Shown one piece after another: positions 29,262 to 39,035 of a stretch of DNA of 64,000 bases. The stretch covers positions 5,302 to 69,301 of the forward strand of contig JAGBTY010000047.1 in NCBI GenBank assembly GCA_017631085.1, in the 5' to 3' direction. The DNA is from Clostridia bacterium. Lineage in GTDB: Bacteria > Bacillota > Clostridia > Oscillospirales > CAG-272. Each line of letters begins with the position of its first letter. Position 1 is the stretch's first letter. A program made the translations under genes and the position numbers. The notes under the pieces are model-generated. The model was given only the letters and a program-made list of their open reading frames with translations, was not told where the DNA came from and ran no database searches.

Positions 29262-30533
29262 TTACGAGCTTATATAAATATCTACCTCTGACATAGAGGG
29301 GGTGATGTCTGTGTTTGGTGGAATTGATTGAGATACGACTGTGCCTCGGGGTAGGGCGCTTGACATTGAAAAAATACCGCCTATGCTGATCCCGACCGAG
29401 ACGAGCGCACGTCTTGCGTCTTCTACAGTCATTCCGTAAAGGTCGGGGATCCGTCTTGGAGAGTAGGAAAATCCCGCACTTACCGTCAAGGAAACGGACG
29501 AGCCTTCGCTGATCTCTGTGTATTGGCTCGGAAATTGTGAGATAACAGTACCCGCGGGGCGCTGGGATTCAATATAGGTCACCTTCCCAACGGAAAGACC
29601 GATTGATCTGAGTTTTGATATAGCCGTTGTTTCATTCATTCCCAGAAGATAGGGAACAGAAATATAATTTATGCGTTCTCCGAGACTGACGTAAAGCTGT
29701 GCTTTGTCGTCGGAAAACAGTCTTTGTCCTTCCTCGGGGATTGTTTTTATTACAGTTCCTTGAGGGTGTTCCAAAGAATATTCATAAATGACCTCGGTGG
29801 AAACTCCTGCATTTTTTAGGTGGAGACGTGCGTCTCTTACGGGCAGACCGACCAGCGAATCAAGAAGATAGCTTCTTCGTCCTTGACATACTGTCAGAGA
29901 GATAACGATAGGCTCTCCGCGGTAGCTTCTTCGCTCTACTTGCGGCTCGGGAGATTGCTTTATGATCGTGCCTGATGGGTGAAGGTCGCTGTATTCATAT
30001 TCAACTGTGTATTCAAAGACAGACGCTGTGTCAAACATTTCGCTCTCATAAACGGTTCCTACAAGAGAGGGTATGCTGACCGTCTTGTATGATTTGAATT
30101 GTGAAGAAAAAAAGGACAGGAATATTACGAGGGAAGAAACTAAAGAGACGAGAAGAACAGAGGAGAGGGCGCCGAGAAGCATTTTTGTATTCAGAGGCTC
30201 TTTTTCTTTTTGTAACCATTTTTTTATCGGTATGAGCGGTAATGTAAGAACGACAATGAGCGCACGTCCGATAGCCTTTAATGCTTTACCAAATCTTCTG
30301 AAAAAAATTTTGCGTTTTTGCTTTCGCAAAAGCTTTCGTCTGTTTTTTTCGGTATCTCCCTCAATAGTTGCGTATTCGAAGAGAGAAGCAAATCTTATTT
30401 TTTCTTTTTCGGACACTGTTGGCTTTGAGTTCAGAGTGAGAGAATATCTATGCCTTTTGGCTTTCAGGTGTCTGTTTTTAACGTTTTTTATATGAAGCTC
30501 GTTTTTTGAAGAGGAACGAAAACGGTATTTCAT
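29262..30533 (-). CDS. Membrane protein with four PASTA domains and a basic N-terminal cytoplasmic region; no kinase domain
   Basis: 423 aa. Hydrophobic segments around aa 85-105 and 118-142. Four repeats of the PASTA type follow (IPSLVGTVYESE..., LDSLVGLPVRDARLHLKNAGV..., VPYLLGMNETTAISKLRSIGL..., IPDLYGMTVEDARRALVSVGI...). No Hanks kinase motifs. Confidence 0.8.
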   Translation of the reverse strand: MKYRFRSSSKNELHIKNVKNRHLKAKRHRYSLTLNSKPTVSEKEKIRFASLFEYATIEGDTEKNRRKLLRKQKRKIFFRRFGKALKAIGRALIVVLTLPLIPIKKWLQKEKEPLNTKMLLGALSSVLLVSLVSSLVIFLSFFSSQFKSYKTVSIPSLVGTVYESEMFDTASVFEYTVEYEYSDLHPSGTIIKQSPEPQVERRSYRGEPIVISLTVCQGRRSYLLDSLVGLPVRDARLHLKNAGVSTEVIYEYSLEHPQGTVIKTIPEEGQRLFSDDKAQLYVSLGERINYISVPYLLGMNETTAISKLRSIGLSVGKVTYIESQRPAGTVISQFPSQYTEISEGSSVSLTVSAGFSYSPRRIPDLYGMTVEDARRALVSVGISIGGIFSMSSALPRGTVVSQSIPPNTDITPSMSEVDIYISS

Positions 30534-30577
30534 TATATACTCCTTGAAAAATATGTAAGAAAACCGTTTTTGTGTGA

Positions 30578-31666
30578 TTATTCTATTCCTTCCTCAGCGC
30601 GTCTAAGCTGTCCGCAGGAAGCATTTATGTCAGCTCCCAGCTTTCGTCTTACTGTTGCCCGAATACCCTTTTTTTCCAGTATAGAAGCAAATTTTGATAC
30701 GGCTTCCTTGTGGGAGGACGAAAATTCTGCCTCTCTCTCGTTTACGGGGTTTACGGGAATGAGATTTACGTGAATGGGCATTGAGCTGTCTTTTGTGCGA
30801 AGCTTTCCGTTGAGGAGCTTTGCAAGGGAGGTGGCGGCTGTGGGCGAGTCATTCTTGCCCGATATGAGCGTATATTCGAATGAGATACGTCTTCCTGTTT
30901 TTTTGTAATATCTCTTACATGCGTCGAGAAGTGAGTTTATGTTCCATTTTTTATTTATGGGCATAATACTGCTTCTTGTTATATCGTCTGAGGCGTGGAG
31001 CGATATGGAGAGGGTTATGGGAAAATTTTCTTCGGAGAGTCTGTCTATTTTATCGACAAGACCGCAGGTGGAAAGAGATATATGGCGGTAGCCGATGTTG
31101 ATACCCTCCTCACAACCGACGAGACGAAGAAATTTTATTACGTTATTATAATTATCCAAAGGTTCGCCTATACCCATCATGACGATATTTGATATTCGTT
31201 CTCCCATGTCTTTGGAGGCGGCAATTACCTGTCCGAGCATTTCCGAGGGCTCAAGGTCACGCACCTTTCCGCCGATGGTAGAGGCGCAAAAGGCACAGCC
31301 CATACGACAACCCACTTGAGAAGAAATGCATATAGTGTTTCCGTGATTGTATCTCATGACCACGCTTTCGACGCAGTTTCCGTCACGGAGAGAGAAAAGA
31401 TATTTTACCGTTCCGTCAAGAGCGGAGACAAGCTTTCTTTTTGGCGTTGGGAGATAATAGTATGACACCTCAGAAAGCTTTTGCTTGGTTGATTTGCTTA
31501 TATTGGTCATCTCTTCGGGAGATATTCCTCTGTGCATCTGGGGAAAAATCTGTCCCGCTCTGTATTTTTGCTCTCCGAGCTCAGAGAGAAGTGCCTGAAG
31601 CTCGGGAAGCGTCATTGATAGAAGATCTCTTTTTTGTGTTGTGGAGCTTATGCCTGTATTGTCCAT
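30578..31666 (-). CDS. rlmN: 23S rRNA/tRNA (adenine-C2)-methyltransferase, radical SAM
   Basis: 362 aa. CRMGCAFCAS cluster; GIGEPL, second Cys in ASCGQL. Confidence 0.94.
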   Translation of the reverse strand: MDNTGISSTTQKRDLLSMTLPELQALLSELGEQKYRAGQIFPQMHRGISPEEMTNISKSTKQKLSEVSYYYLPTPKRKLVSALDGTVKYLFSLRDGNCVESVVMRYNHGNTICISSQVGCRMGCAFCASTIGGKVRDLEPSEMLGQVIAASKDMGERISNIVMMGIGEPLDNYNNVIKFLRLVGCEEGINIGYRHISLSTCGLVDKIDRLSEENFPITLSISLHASDDITRSSIMPINKKWNINSLLDACKRYYKKTGRRISFEYTLISGKNDSPTAATSLAKLLNGKLRTKDSSMPIHVNLIPVNPVNEREAEFSSSHKEAVSKFASILEKKGIRATVRRKLGADINASCGQLRRAEEGIE

Positions 31667-31667
31667 T

Positions 31668-32969
31668 TTATTTCCTTTTCAGCTTTGCTATAAAAAATCC
31701 GTCTTTGCGGTGAACGTGGGGCAGGAGAGTTATATATCCGTCGGTGCATTCTATACCGCCTACGGTGAAAGGGCAAAGCGCAAAATCGTCTCTTTTTTCA
31801 AGAAAACGCTTTATGTTGTTTTCATTTTCGTCCGAAAAAACGGTGCAGGTGGAATAGACAAGAGTTCCACCATCTTTGAGGTAATCGGCTACGTTTTCGA
31901 GTATCGCCAACTGTATATCGGGAAGTCTTTCGGAGTCGGAGGGGGATTTATATCGAAGCTCGGGCTTTTTAGCAAGAACTCCAAATCCCGAGCAGGGAAC
32001 GTCGCAGAGTATTTTGTCGGCGATTCCAACAAGCTCCTCACGTCTTATTCTTCCGTCGGCTGCCGAGGTCTCGATAATATTTATTCCAAGCCGTTCCGCT
32101 CCGCTTTTTACAAGCGAGAGCTTATTTTCATGAAGGTCAAAGGAGAGTACTTTGCCGCTATTTCTCATGTCAATTGCCATGCCAAAGCTTTTTGAGCCTG
32201 GGCAAGCACAGATATCGAGGACGGTCTCCCCAGCTTTTGCATTGACCGTTTCTACGCAGAGTTGTGAAGCATCGTCCTGCACGAAGAAAAGTCCTTCGTC
32301 GAATCCGTAAAGCTCACGGACAGCTCCTTTTACATATATGCCATTTTCGGAATATTCCGAGGGGATACCGTCGGGTATTCTTTTGAGAAGCTCATCTCTT
32401 GCGGTCTTCAGTGTATTAACTCTCAATGTAGTGCTTGGTGGGTCAAATGTAGCTTTTAGGTATTTCTCCGCGTCTTCAAAGCCAAACTCTTCTATCAGTT
32501 TTTTTGCGAGGGGAGTACATACCGAATATGCCACCGACAGATATTCAGCCGAGCCGTCATTTGTCGGCAGGGAATCGTCGGGGGAGCGAAGGTAGGAGCG
32601 AAGTATTGCGTTAACGAAGCCTCGTGTTTTTTTTGGACACAACTCTACCGTTTCGTTTATTGCTGCATGAGGCGGTATCTTGTCACAGTATATAAGCTGA
32701 TACATACCGAGCCTCAAAGCGCACATAGTGTGGAGGTCTATTTCTTCAAGCGATCGGGAGGCATATTTTTTTATATACCAATCGAGTGTCAGCCGTCTTT
32801 CGATAACACCGTAAAAAAGAACAGAGGTCAGGTTTTTATCAACACGGCTCATGGACGAGGCAGAGAGAAGCTTATCGAGAGCAATGTTCGAATATGTTTT
32901 TTCTTTTTCGCTTCTTAAGAGGAGAGAAAGAGCCAGCCCTCTTGGGCTTTCTGTGTGTTCCATGGTCAT
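31668..32969 (-). CDS. rsmB: 16S rRNA (cytosine967-C5)-methyltransferase
   Basis: 433 aa. NusB-like N-terminal domain, DICACPGSKS, DVPCSGFG, YSTCT motifs. Confidence 0.92.
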   Translation of the reverse strand: MTMEHTESPRGLALSLLLRSEKEKTYSNIALDKLLSASSMSRVDKNLTSVLFYGVIERRLTLDWYIKKYASRSLEEIDLHTMCALRLGMYQLIYCDKIPPHAAINETVELCPKKTRGFVNAILRSYLRSPDDSLPTNDGSAEYLSVAYSVCTPLAKKLIEEFGFEDAEKYLKATFDPPSTTLRVNTLKTARDELLKRIPDGIPSEYSENGIYVKGAVRELYGFDEGLFFVQDDASQLCVETVNAKAGETVLDICACPGSKSFGMAIDMRNSGKVLSFDLHENKLSLVKSGAERLGINIIETSAADGRIRREELVGIADKILCDVPCSGFGVLAKKPELRYKSPSDSERLPDIQLAILENVADYLKDGGTLVYSTCTVFSDENENNIKRFLEKRDDFALCPFTVGGIECTDGYITLLPHVHRKDGFFIAKLKRK

Positions 32970-33661
32970 CTCCGTCTGTTGTTTGCAAGTACGAGAAGTC
33001 TGAGAAGTGTAAGGAGAGAGGTCAAGAGAGCGGCAACGTAGGTGAGAGCCGCTGCGGTCAATACCTTTCTTGCAGCGCCGAGCTCTTCATTGTCGAGCAT
33101 TGAGGAGCTTCTTAATATGGCGAGAGCTCTTCGCGATGCATTGAATTCCACGGGGAGAGTTACAAGCTGGAAAAATGCAACGGCAGAATAAAGGAGTATG
33201 CCGAAGAGCATAAGATATTCGCTTGCCATAAGAAGTCCTATGAAAAACAGGGGAATAGACAGCATAGAGCCGAAACGAGTCATGGGAATAACTGCGCTTC
33301 TGATCTTCATTGGTACGTATCCCTTTGCGTGCTGAAGAGCGTGACCTGCTTCGTGGGCGGCAACACCGAGAGCCGCGGCGCTGGTCGATGCGTATACCGA
33401 ATCCGAAAGGCGTATGACATCAGCTCTGGGGTCATAATGGTCGGTGAGGTTTCCTCTTATATGCTCGACCTTGATATGATACAGTCCCTCTGAGTCAAGT
33501 ATTCTTCTTGCGGCGTCAGCTCCTGTCATTCTTTTCTTTGTATAAAATGTGGAATATTTTTTGTAGGTGGATTGCACCTTGAACTGTGCCCAAAGTGAAA
33601 TTATCAAACCGGGTATGACGATAAGGATCGTCCAGTCAAATGTAAAAAGACCGAAAAGCAT
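32966..33661 (-). CDS. Zinc metallopeptidase, YugP-like membrane protein
   Basis: 231 aa. HEAGHALQH zinc motif flanked by TM segments. Stop overlaps the rsmB start by 4 nt. Confidence 0.85.
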   Translation of the reverse strand: MLFGLFTFDWTILIVIPGLIISLWAQFKVQSTYKKYSTFYTKKRMTGADAARRILDSEGLYHIKVEHIRGNLTDHYDPRADVIRLSDSVYASTSAAALGVAAHEAGHALQHAKGYVPMKIRSAVIPMTRFGSMLSIPLFFIGLLMASEYLMLFGILLYSAVAFFQLVTLPVEFNASRRALAILRSSSMLDNEELGAARKVLTAAALTYVAALLTSLLTLLRLLVLANNRRR

Positions 33662-33705
33662 TATATTTCTCCAATCTGTCGGCAGCTATGTTGCCGACCG
33701 TGTAC

Positions 33706-34638
33706 TTATTTCAGAATATCCCCTATATTCAGCTTTCTGCCCCTGATGTAATCCGAGGCGCTCATTTTTGATTTTCCTTCAGGAAGTACCCCGAGAAGCT
33801 TGACAGAGCCGTCACCGCAAGCCACGTGTATTCCGTCGTCAAGGCTTATGACCTCGCCGAAATTCTTGCCCGAAGCAGAGAGCGAGGATGTTTCCGCTTT
33901 CCATATCTTGAGCAGCTTTCCGTCGGGGGTGTGAGTGAGTGCCAGGGGAATTGGTGAAAGGCCACGTATGAGATCGTGAACTCTCCTTGCGGAAAGAGAA
34001 AAGTCAATAAGACAGTCCTCTTTTGTTATTTTTGCTGCATAGGTAGCCTGAGCCTCATCTTGAGGTATTCTTTCGATGCCGTCTTTTTCAAGAGCGTCAA
34101 GAGTTTTCACGATAAGCTCTGCTCCGCAAAGTCCGAGCTTGTCGTGTATATCCTCAAAATTGTCGTTGTCCTCTATGCGTATCTCACTTTTTAGGAGCAT
34201 ATCTCCGGTATCAATCCCATCTGCCATATACATGGTGGTGATCCCCGTGAACTTTTTGCCGTCGATTATTGCTCTTTGCATAGGTGCCGCGCCTCTGTAT
34301 TCGGGGAGAAGTGAGCCGTGTACGTTTATGCAACCGAATCTCGGGTAGTCAAGAACGTTTTTCGGAAGTATCTTTCCATAAGCGACTACGACTATAACGT
34401 CAGGGGCAATGTCTCGGAGAAGTGACTCGAATTCCTCTCCTTTAAGTGACATAGGCTGATAAACGGGGATCCCTTTTTCTTCAGCATATACTTTTACGGG
34501 CGGAGGAAGCAGATGATATCCTCTGCCTTTTGGTTTATCGGGCTGCGTTACTACCGCTGCCACCTTATGATTTGAGTCAATAAGAGACGATAGGGAAAAC
34601 ACCGCAAAATCGGGTGTACCCATAAAAAGAATTTTCAT
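33706..34638 (-). CDS. fmt: Methionyl-tRNA formyltransferase
   Basis: 310 aa. MKILFMGTPDFAV, INVHGSLLPEYRGAAP. Confidence 0.95.
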   Translation of the reverse strand: MKILFMGTPDFAVFSLSSLIDSNHKVAAVVTQPDKPKGRGYHLLPPPVKVYAEEKGIPVYQPMSLKGEEFESLLRDIAPDVIVVVAYGKILPKNVLDYPRFGCINVHGSLLPEYRGAAPMQRAIIDGKKFTGITTMYMADGIDTGDMLLKSEIRIEDNDNFEDIHDKLGLCGAELIVKTLDALEKDGIERIPQDEAQATYAAKITKEDCLIDFSLSARRVHDLIRGLSPIPLALTHTPDGKLLKIWKAETSSLSASGKNFGEVISLDDGIHVACGDGSVKLLGVLPEGKSKMSASDYIRGRKLNIGDILK

Positions 34639-34687
34639 GTATAGTGTCTCCTTTCTCGGAGGTTTTATCCGTCTTTGTTTTTTGCGT

Positions 34688-35143
34688 TCAGTTGTCGAGC
34701 ATTCTCAAGGCGACATCAACGTAAAGTTTGCCGTCAAGGTGGTCTATCTCATGGCAGAATGCCTTTGCGAGAAGTCCTGAACCCGTTATGTCAAAGGTCT
34801 TTCCGTTTCTGTCAAGGGCTCTGACCGTTACGTTCATCGGTCTTTTTGTAATTCCGTATCTTCCTGGGACGGAGAGACAGCCTTCCTCGCTTTCCTGTTC
34901 ACCCGAATATGCGATTATCTTGGGATTTATAAGCTCAATAAGTCCTTCGTCGGGTGTCTCAATGACGACTATCCTTCTGAGGACTCCCACCTGAGGAGCT
35001 GCAAGACCGACACCGTCTGCGGCTCTCATCGTATCTATCATATCGTCGAGAAGTCTTTGTATTCTTGGGGTGATCGCATCAACGGGACGACTGACACGTC
35101 TGAGTGTTTCGTCTCCGATCTTTAATATTTTAAGCTTTGCCAT
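34688..35143 (-). CDS. def: Peptide deformylase
   Basis: Motifs GVGLAAPQVG, EGCLSVPG, HEIDHLDG. Start set to ATG 35143 (MAKLKILKIGDE), preceded by GAAAGGA. Confidence 0.94.
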   Translation of the reverse strand: MAKLKILKIGDETLRRVSRPVDAITPRIQRLLDDMIDTMRAADGVGLAAPQVGVLRRIVVIETPDEGLIELINPKIIAYSGEQESEEGCLSVPGRYGITKRPMNVTVRALDRNGKTFDITGSGLLAKAFCHEIDHLDGKLYVDVALRMLDN

Positions 35144-35171
35144 AATATGTTCCTTTCGAGTTTTGGTCATT

Positions 35172-37673
35172 TTATAGGTTGGACGGGTTGAAATCTATGG
35201 ACAACGAAATTTTGCTTGGGGTCTTCTTTGAAAATTCAGAGAGAAGACATGAGAATAAAGAACGGCATTTTTTATTCAGCTTGCATTTTATTACCATTCT
35301 CATGCGGTATTTGTTGTCCACCTTATATACGGGAGCTTCGAAGGGCCCGAAAACTATCATGGGAAGCTCCTTATATTCTATATCAAGCATTTTTTTGGAA
35401 AGCATATCGGAAAGTATTCCCGAAGCCTTGAGAAGCTCCTTTTCGTCGGATGAAGTAATAGTGACGAGGGCTATGTCGCAAAATGGTGGGAAGCACAGAG
35501 CCTTGCGTAGACGTATCTCGTCCTTAAAAAACTCCTCGTAATCCTGAAGGCAGGCGAGTCTTATGCAGTCGCTGTCAGGATTGTTAGTCTGTATTATTGC
35601 GATTCCTTCTTTGCTTCCACGTCCTGCTCTGCCTATTACCTGAGTGAGCATAGAAAAGGTTCTTTCGTTTGCTCTGTAATCGTCAAGGTAGAGAGACATG
35701 TCCGCAAGAAGCACTCCTACAAGTGTTACGTCGGGAAAATCGTGTCCTTTGGTTACCATCTGCGTTCCGAGAAGTATGTCTGCTTCGTGACGCCTGAAGC
35801 GTCCGAGCATTACGTCGTATGCATTCTTCGCTGCGGTGGTATCGGTGTCCATTCGGAGTATTTTTCCGTCGGGAACAAGCTCTGAAAGCTCTTGCTCTAT
35901 CCGTTGAGTTCCGAAGCCCATTCTTGTAAGGTGTATACCGCCGCAGGATGGACATTCGGTTGGAAGAGCGGCGCGTCTTCCGCACCAATGACAGCGAAGC
36001 TCACCTTTGTCGTAGGTGCGGCTTGTGGTGTGATATGTCATGGATACGCTGCACTCGGGGCAACGTATGGCTTCTCCGCACATAGGACAGCTGACGAAGC
36101 TGTTATATCCTCTGCGGTTTATGAACAGGATGGACTGCTCTCCCTTTTGTTGTTTCTTTACAAGCTCTTCGCAAAGCAAGGAGCTTAAAGGAGATGTACA
36201 CCCGTTTTTTGCTTCCTCTCTCATGTCACATATAAGAGTTTTGGGGAGCTTTGCTCCGCCGTACCTGTTTGTGAGCTTTATGAGAGTATATTTTCCGTTT
36301 ATTGTCTTGTAGTAGCTTTCAAATGAGGGGGTTGCGGAAGCGAGCAGCAAGAGCGCTCTGTGATGGGCGCATCTGTATCTTGCGATATCTCTTGCATGAT
36401 ATTTTGGATTCATGTCGGATTTGTAAGTATGCTCGTGTTCCTCGTCGATAATTACGAGTCCAAGGTTACTTACAGGCGCAAAAATTGCGGAACGAGTTCC
36501 GATAACTATTTTGGCTTCTCCGCTTTTTATACGCTTAAAGCTATCATATCTCTCTCCTGCCGAAAGTCCTGAATGAATGATAGCCACAAGCTTTCCGTAT
36601 CTGGAACAGAATATGGAAAGGGATTGAGGTGTCAGGGCTATTTCCGGAAGAAGCATGATAACGCTTTTTCCTTCGTCGAGCGCCATGTCTATGGTCTTTA
36701 TCATTACCGAGGTCTTACCGCTTCCGGTTACTCCGTGAAGCAGAGCGGCTTTTGCTTCTTCTGCATGGAACAGCTCTTTAAGTTGTTCATAAGCTCGGCT
36801 TTGTTCCTCGCTCAATGTTATCTCACGGCGTGACCTTTCTATATTTTCAATAAGCGAGAGGCTTCTGTCAGATGATTTCTTTTCTGAACGGATAAAGCCC
36901 TTATCCTCAAGTGCTTTTATTTGAGCCTTGGTGACCTTACACGCGTCGCAGATAATATTGTCCTCAATTCCGTCTATAGCCAATTCATAGTTTGAAACTA
37001 TATATTCGATTATCTGAAGGTGTGCGGGAGAGCGAAGCCTTGATATGCCCGAAGCGTTTTTCGACAGCTGTGAGAGTGTCTCTTGGCTTTTGGCGGGATA
37101 TATCAAGGTTGTGAACTTTTCAGACGGTCTTTTAATATCATACGTTTTCTCAACAAAGCCAAGGGCTTCAAGACGCTTCAGAATAGGGAGGGCGTGCTCG
37201 TGATATGCATATTTCAGCGCGGAATAAGAAATTTTTTTCTTCTTCTGTATTTCGGTATATATGAGAAGCTCGTCATCTGAAAGCTCCGAGATGTCGCGGG
37301 ATACGAGGGAAACGGTATAGAACTCTTCGGGTGAAGACAGAAGAGAGGAGGGGATCATGGCTCTTACCGCCTCTCCTACAGTGCAAAGAGTTTGCTCTTT
37401 GATAAAAAACGAGAGTCCAAGCATTTCCGAGGTAAGCGACGCTGACTTGTCAAGAATCCCCGCAATGGGCTTGCACTCTGTTTTCTGGTTGTCAGGAGCG
37501 TCCTTCAACGAACAAACGAGACCGAGACGCCGTTTGTTTGCCGTGCCAAAGGGCACGGAAACAAAGTCTCCCGTGGCTATTTTGCCGCGGAAGACGGGGG
37601 GGATATAATAATCATAGGCGTTGTCGATAAAATATGGATTATCGAGAAGGTGTATTCCTGCGTATTCGGACAT
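35172..37673 (-). CDS. priA: Primosomal protein N' (replication restart helicase PriA)
   Basis: 833 aa. Walker A GVTGSGKT, DEEH, Cys-rich zinc insertion CPMCGEAIRCPECS...CHWCG...CPSCG. Confidence 0.94.
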   Translation of the reverse strand: MSEYAGIHLLDNPYFIDNAYDYYIPPVFRGKIATGDFVSVPFGTANKRRLGLVCSLKDAPDNQKTECKPIAGILDKSASLTSEMLGLSFFIKEQTLCTVGEAVRAMIPSSLLSSPEEFYTVSLVSRDISELSDDELLIYTEIQKKKKISYSALKYAYHEHALPILKRLEALGFVEKTYDIKRPSEKFTTLIYPAKSQETLSQLSKNASGISRLRSPAHLQIIEYIVSNYELAIDGIEDNIICDACKVTKAQIKALEDKGFIRSEKKSSDRSLSLIENIERSRREITLSEEQSRAYEQLKELFHAEEAKAALLHGVTGSGKTSVMIKTIDMALDEGKSVIMLLPEIALTPQSLSIFCSRYGKLVAIIHSGLSAGERYDSFKRIKSGEAKIVIGTRSAIFAPVSNLGLVIIDEEHEHTYKSDMNPKYHARDIARYRCAHHRALLLLASATPSFESYYKTINGKYTLIKLTNRYGGAKLPKTLICDMREEAKNGCTSPLSSLLCEELVKKQQKGEQSILFINRRGYNSFVSCPMCGEAIRCPECSVSMTYHTTSRTYDKGELRCHWCGRRAALPTECPSCGGIHLTRMGFGTQRIEQELSELVPDGKILRMDTDTTAAKNAYDVMLGRFRRHEADILLGTQMVTKGHDFPDVTLVGVLLADMSLYLDDYRANERTFSMLTQVIGRAGRGSKEGIAIIQTNNPDSDCIRLACLQDYEEFFKDEIRLRKALCFPPFCDIALVTITSSDEKELLKASGILSDMLSKKMLDIEYKELPMIVFGPFEAPVYKVDNKYRMRMVIKCKLNKKCRSLFSCLLSEFSKKTPSKISLSIDFNPSNL

Positions 37674-37696
37674 TTTTTTGCCTTTCGCGAGTTTTT

Positions 37697-38041
37697 TTAC
37701 TCGGCTACTTCTTCTGTGACTTCAGCAGCTTCTTCAGCAGCTTCTGTTGCTTCTTCTGCCACCTTTGTTGCTTCTTCGTCTTCTACTCTAACTATCTTGT
37801 AGCTTCCGTTGTGAATTTTGGAAATTGCGTTCTTTACAGCCTTTTCGTCTCGGTATTCCTTATTTATCATGTTGATAAGATTGCGGTCTGTCTCCTTGTT
37901 TCCGGTTGCCGACTTTTCTGCTGCTTCGCGCTGTTTTACATATTCGTCGGTTATAATTCTTGCACATTTAGCGGTGGCGAGTGCTAACTCATAGCGATTG
38001 AATTCGTCCTTTGTGAGCTGGTTGATAGTTGGGTAAAGCAT
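37697..38041 (-). CDS. rpoZ: DNA-directed RNA polymerase subunit omega with an acidic C-terminal extension
   Basis: 114 aa. MLYPTINQLTKDEFNRYELALATAKCARII core. Located in gmk-rpoZ synteny. Confidence 0.85.
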   Translation of the reverse strand: MLYPTINQLTKDEFNRYELALATAKCARIITDEYVKQREAAEKSATGNKETDRNLINMINKEYRDEKAVKNAISKIHNGSYKIVRVEDEEATKVAEEATEAAEEAAEVTEEVAE

Positions 38042-38088
38042 GTTTTTTCTCCTTAAAAAATCTTATGTTGTTTATTTTATGTTAAATT

Positions 38089-38709
38089 TTATTTATTTTT
38101 ACTGAAATAGAGCTTTGCGACGTTCGGGTTGCGTTTTAAGGCACACCGCTCGGAATTTACGATAGACATTATCTGTTCTGCCGCTTCTGTATCGCGTCCA
38201 TCGTGATTGTATACTACGTAGTCGTATATATCAGATGACTTTAGCTCCTCTTTGGTACGGGCAAGTCGCAAAAGTATCTTTTCCTCTGTTTCCGTACCTC
38301 TGTTTCTGAGTCGTTGCTCCTGTATCTCAAAAGACGGAGGCAGGAGAAGTATAAGAACGGCATCGGGGTATTTTGCCTTTACGTTTGCAGCACCCTCAAC
38401 CTCTATTTCGAGTATCAGGTTCTTTCCCGAAGCCAGAACCTCCTCGGCTTCCTTTTTTGGTGTGCCGTATAGGTTAGTACAGTATTCGGTGTATTCAAGC
38501 ATATCTCCCGATTTTATTCTTTTCTCGAATTCTTCGCGAGTAATAAAGTGATAGTTCTTTCCGTTTATCTCGCCTGGCCTTGGCGGTCTCGTTGTAGCCG
38601 ATACCGAATACACGAAATCTCCGGTTTCGAGAAGATGGTTGTTTACAGTTCCTTTTCCGCTTCCTGCGGGGCCGGATATGACTAACATCAAACCTTTTTT
38701 GTTTTCCAT
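38089..38709 (-). CDS. gmk: Guanylate kinase
   Basis: 206 aa. P-loop SGPAGSGKGT, TTRPPRPGE, YHF. Confidence 0.95.
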   Translation of the reverse strand: MENKKGLMLVISGPAGSGKGTVNNHLLETGDFVYSVSATTRPPRPGEINGKNYHFITREEFEKRIKSGDMLEYTEYCTNLYGTPKKEAEEVLASGKNLILEIEVEGAANVKAKYPDAVLILLLPPSFEIQEQRLRNRGTETEEKILLRLARTKEELKSSDIYDYVVYNHDGRDTEAAEQIMSIVNSERCALKRNPNVAKLYFSKNK

Positions 38710-38750
38710 TGTTTTTACTCCGTGGTCTTTACCGTGTAGTGCGTTATTGT

Positions 38751-39014
38751 TTATTCTTCCTCGGATTCTTCGTCGTCGGATACGTTATCAAGTCTGTTAG
38801 CGATAGTTTCGGACTGTATTGCCGAGAGTATGACGTGCTCACTGTCGGTTATTATTACCGAACGGGTACGTCGTCCGCAGGATACATCGATAACTCTTCC
38901 GCTATCCTTGGCGTCCTGTATAAGTCTTTTTACGGGTGCGGAATCTGGTGTGGCAATAGTTATTATCCTATTTGCAGAAACCATGTTTCCAAAACCGATA
39001 TTTATAAATTTCAT
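38751..39014 (-). CDS. remA: RemA/YlzA family regulator (DUF370)
   Basis: 87 aa. [20 protein letters not shown]...[12 protein letters not shown]...[20 protein letters not shown]. Confidence 0.88.
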   Translation of the reverse strand: MKFINIGFGNMVSANRIITIATPDSAPVKRLIQDAKDSGRVIDVSCGRRTRSVIITDSEHVILSAIQSETIANRLDNVSDDEESEEE

Positions 39015-39035
39015 ATTGCTCTCCTTAAGCGTTGT

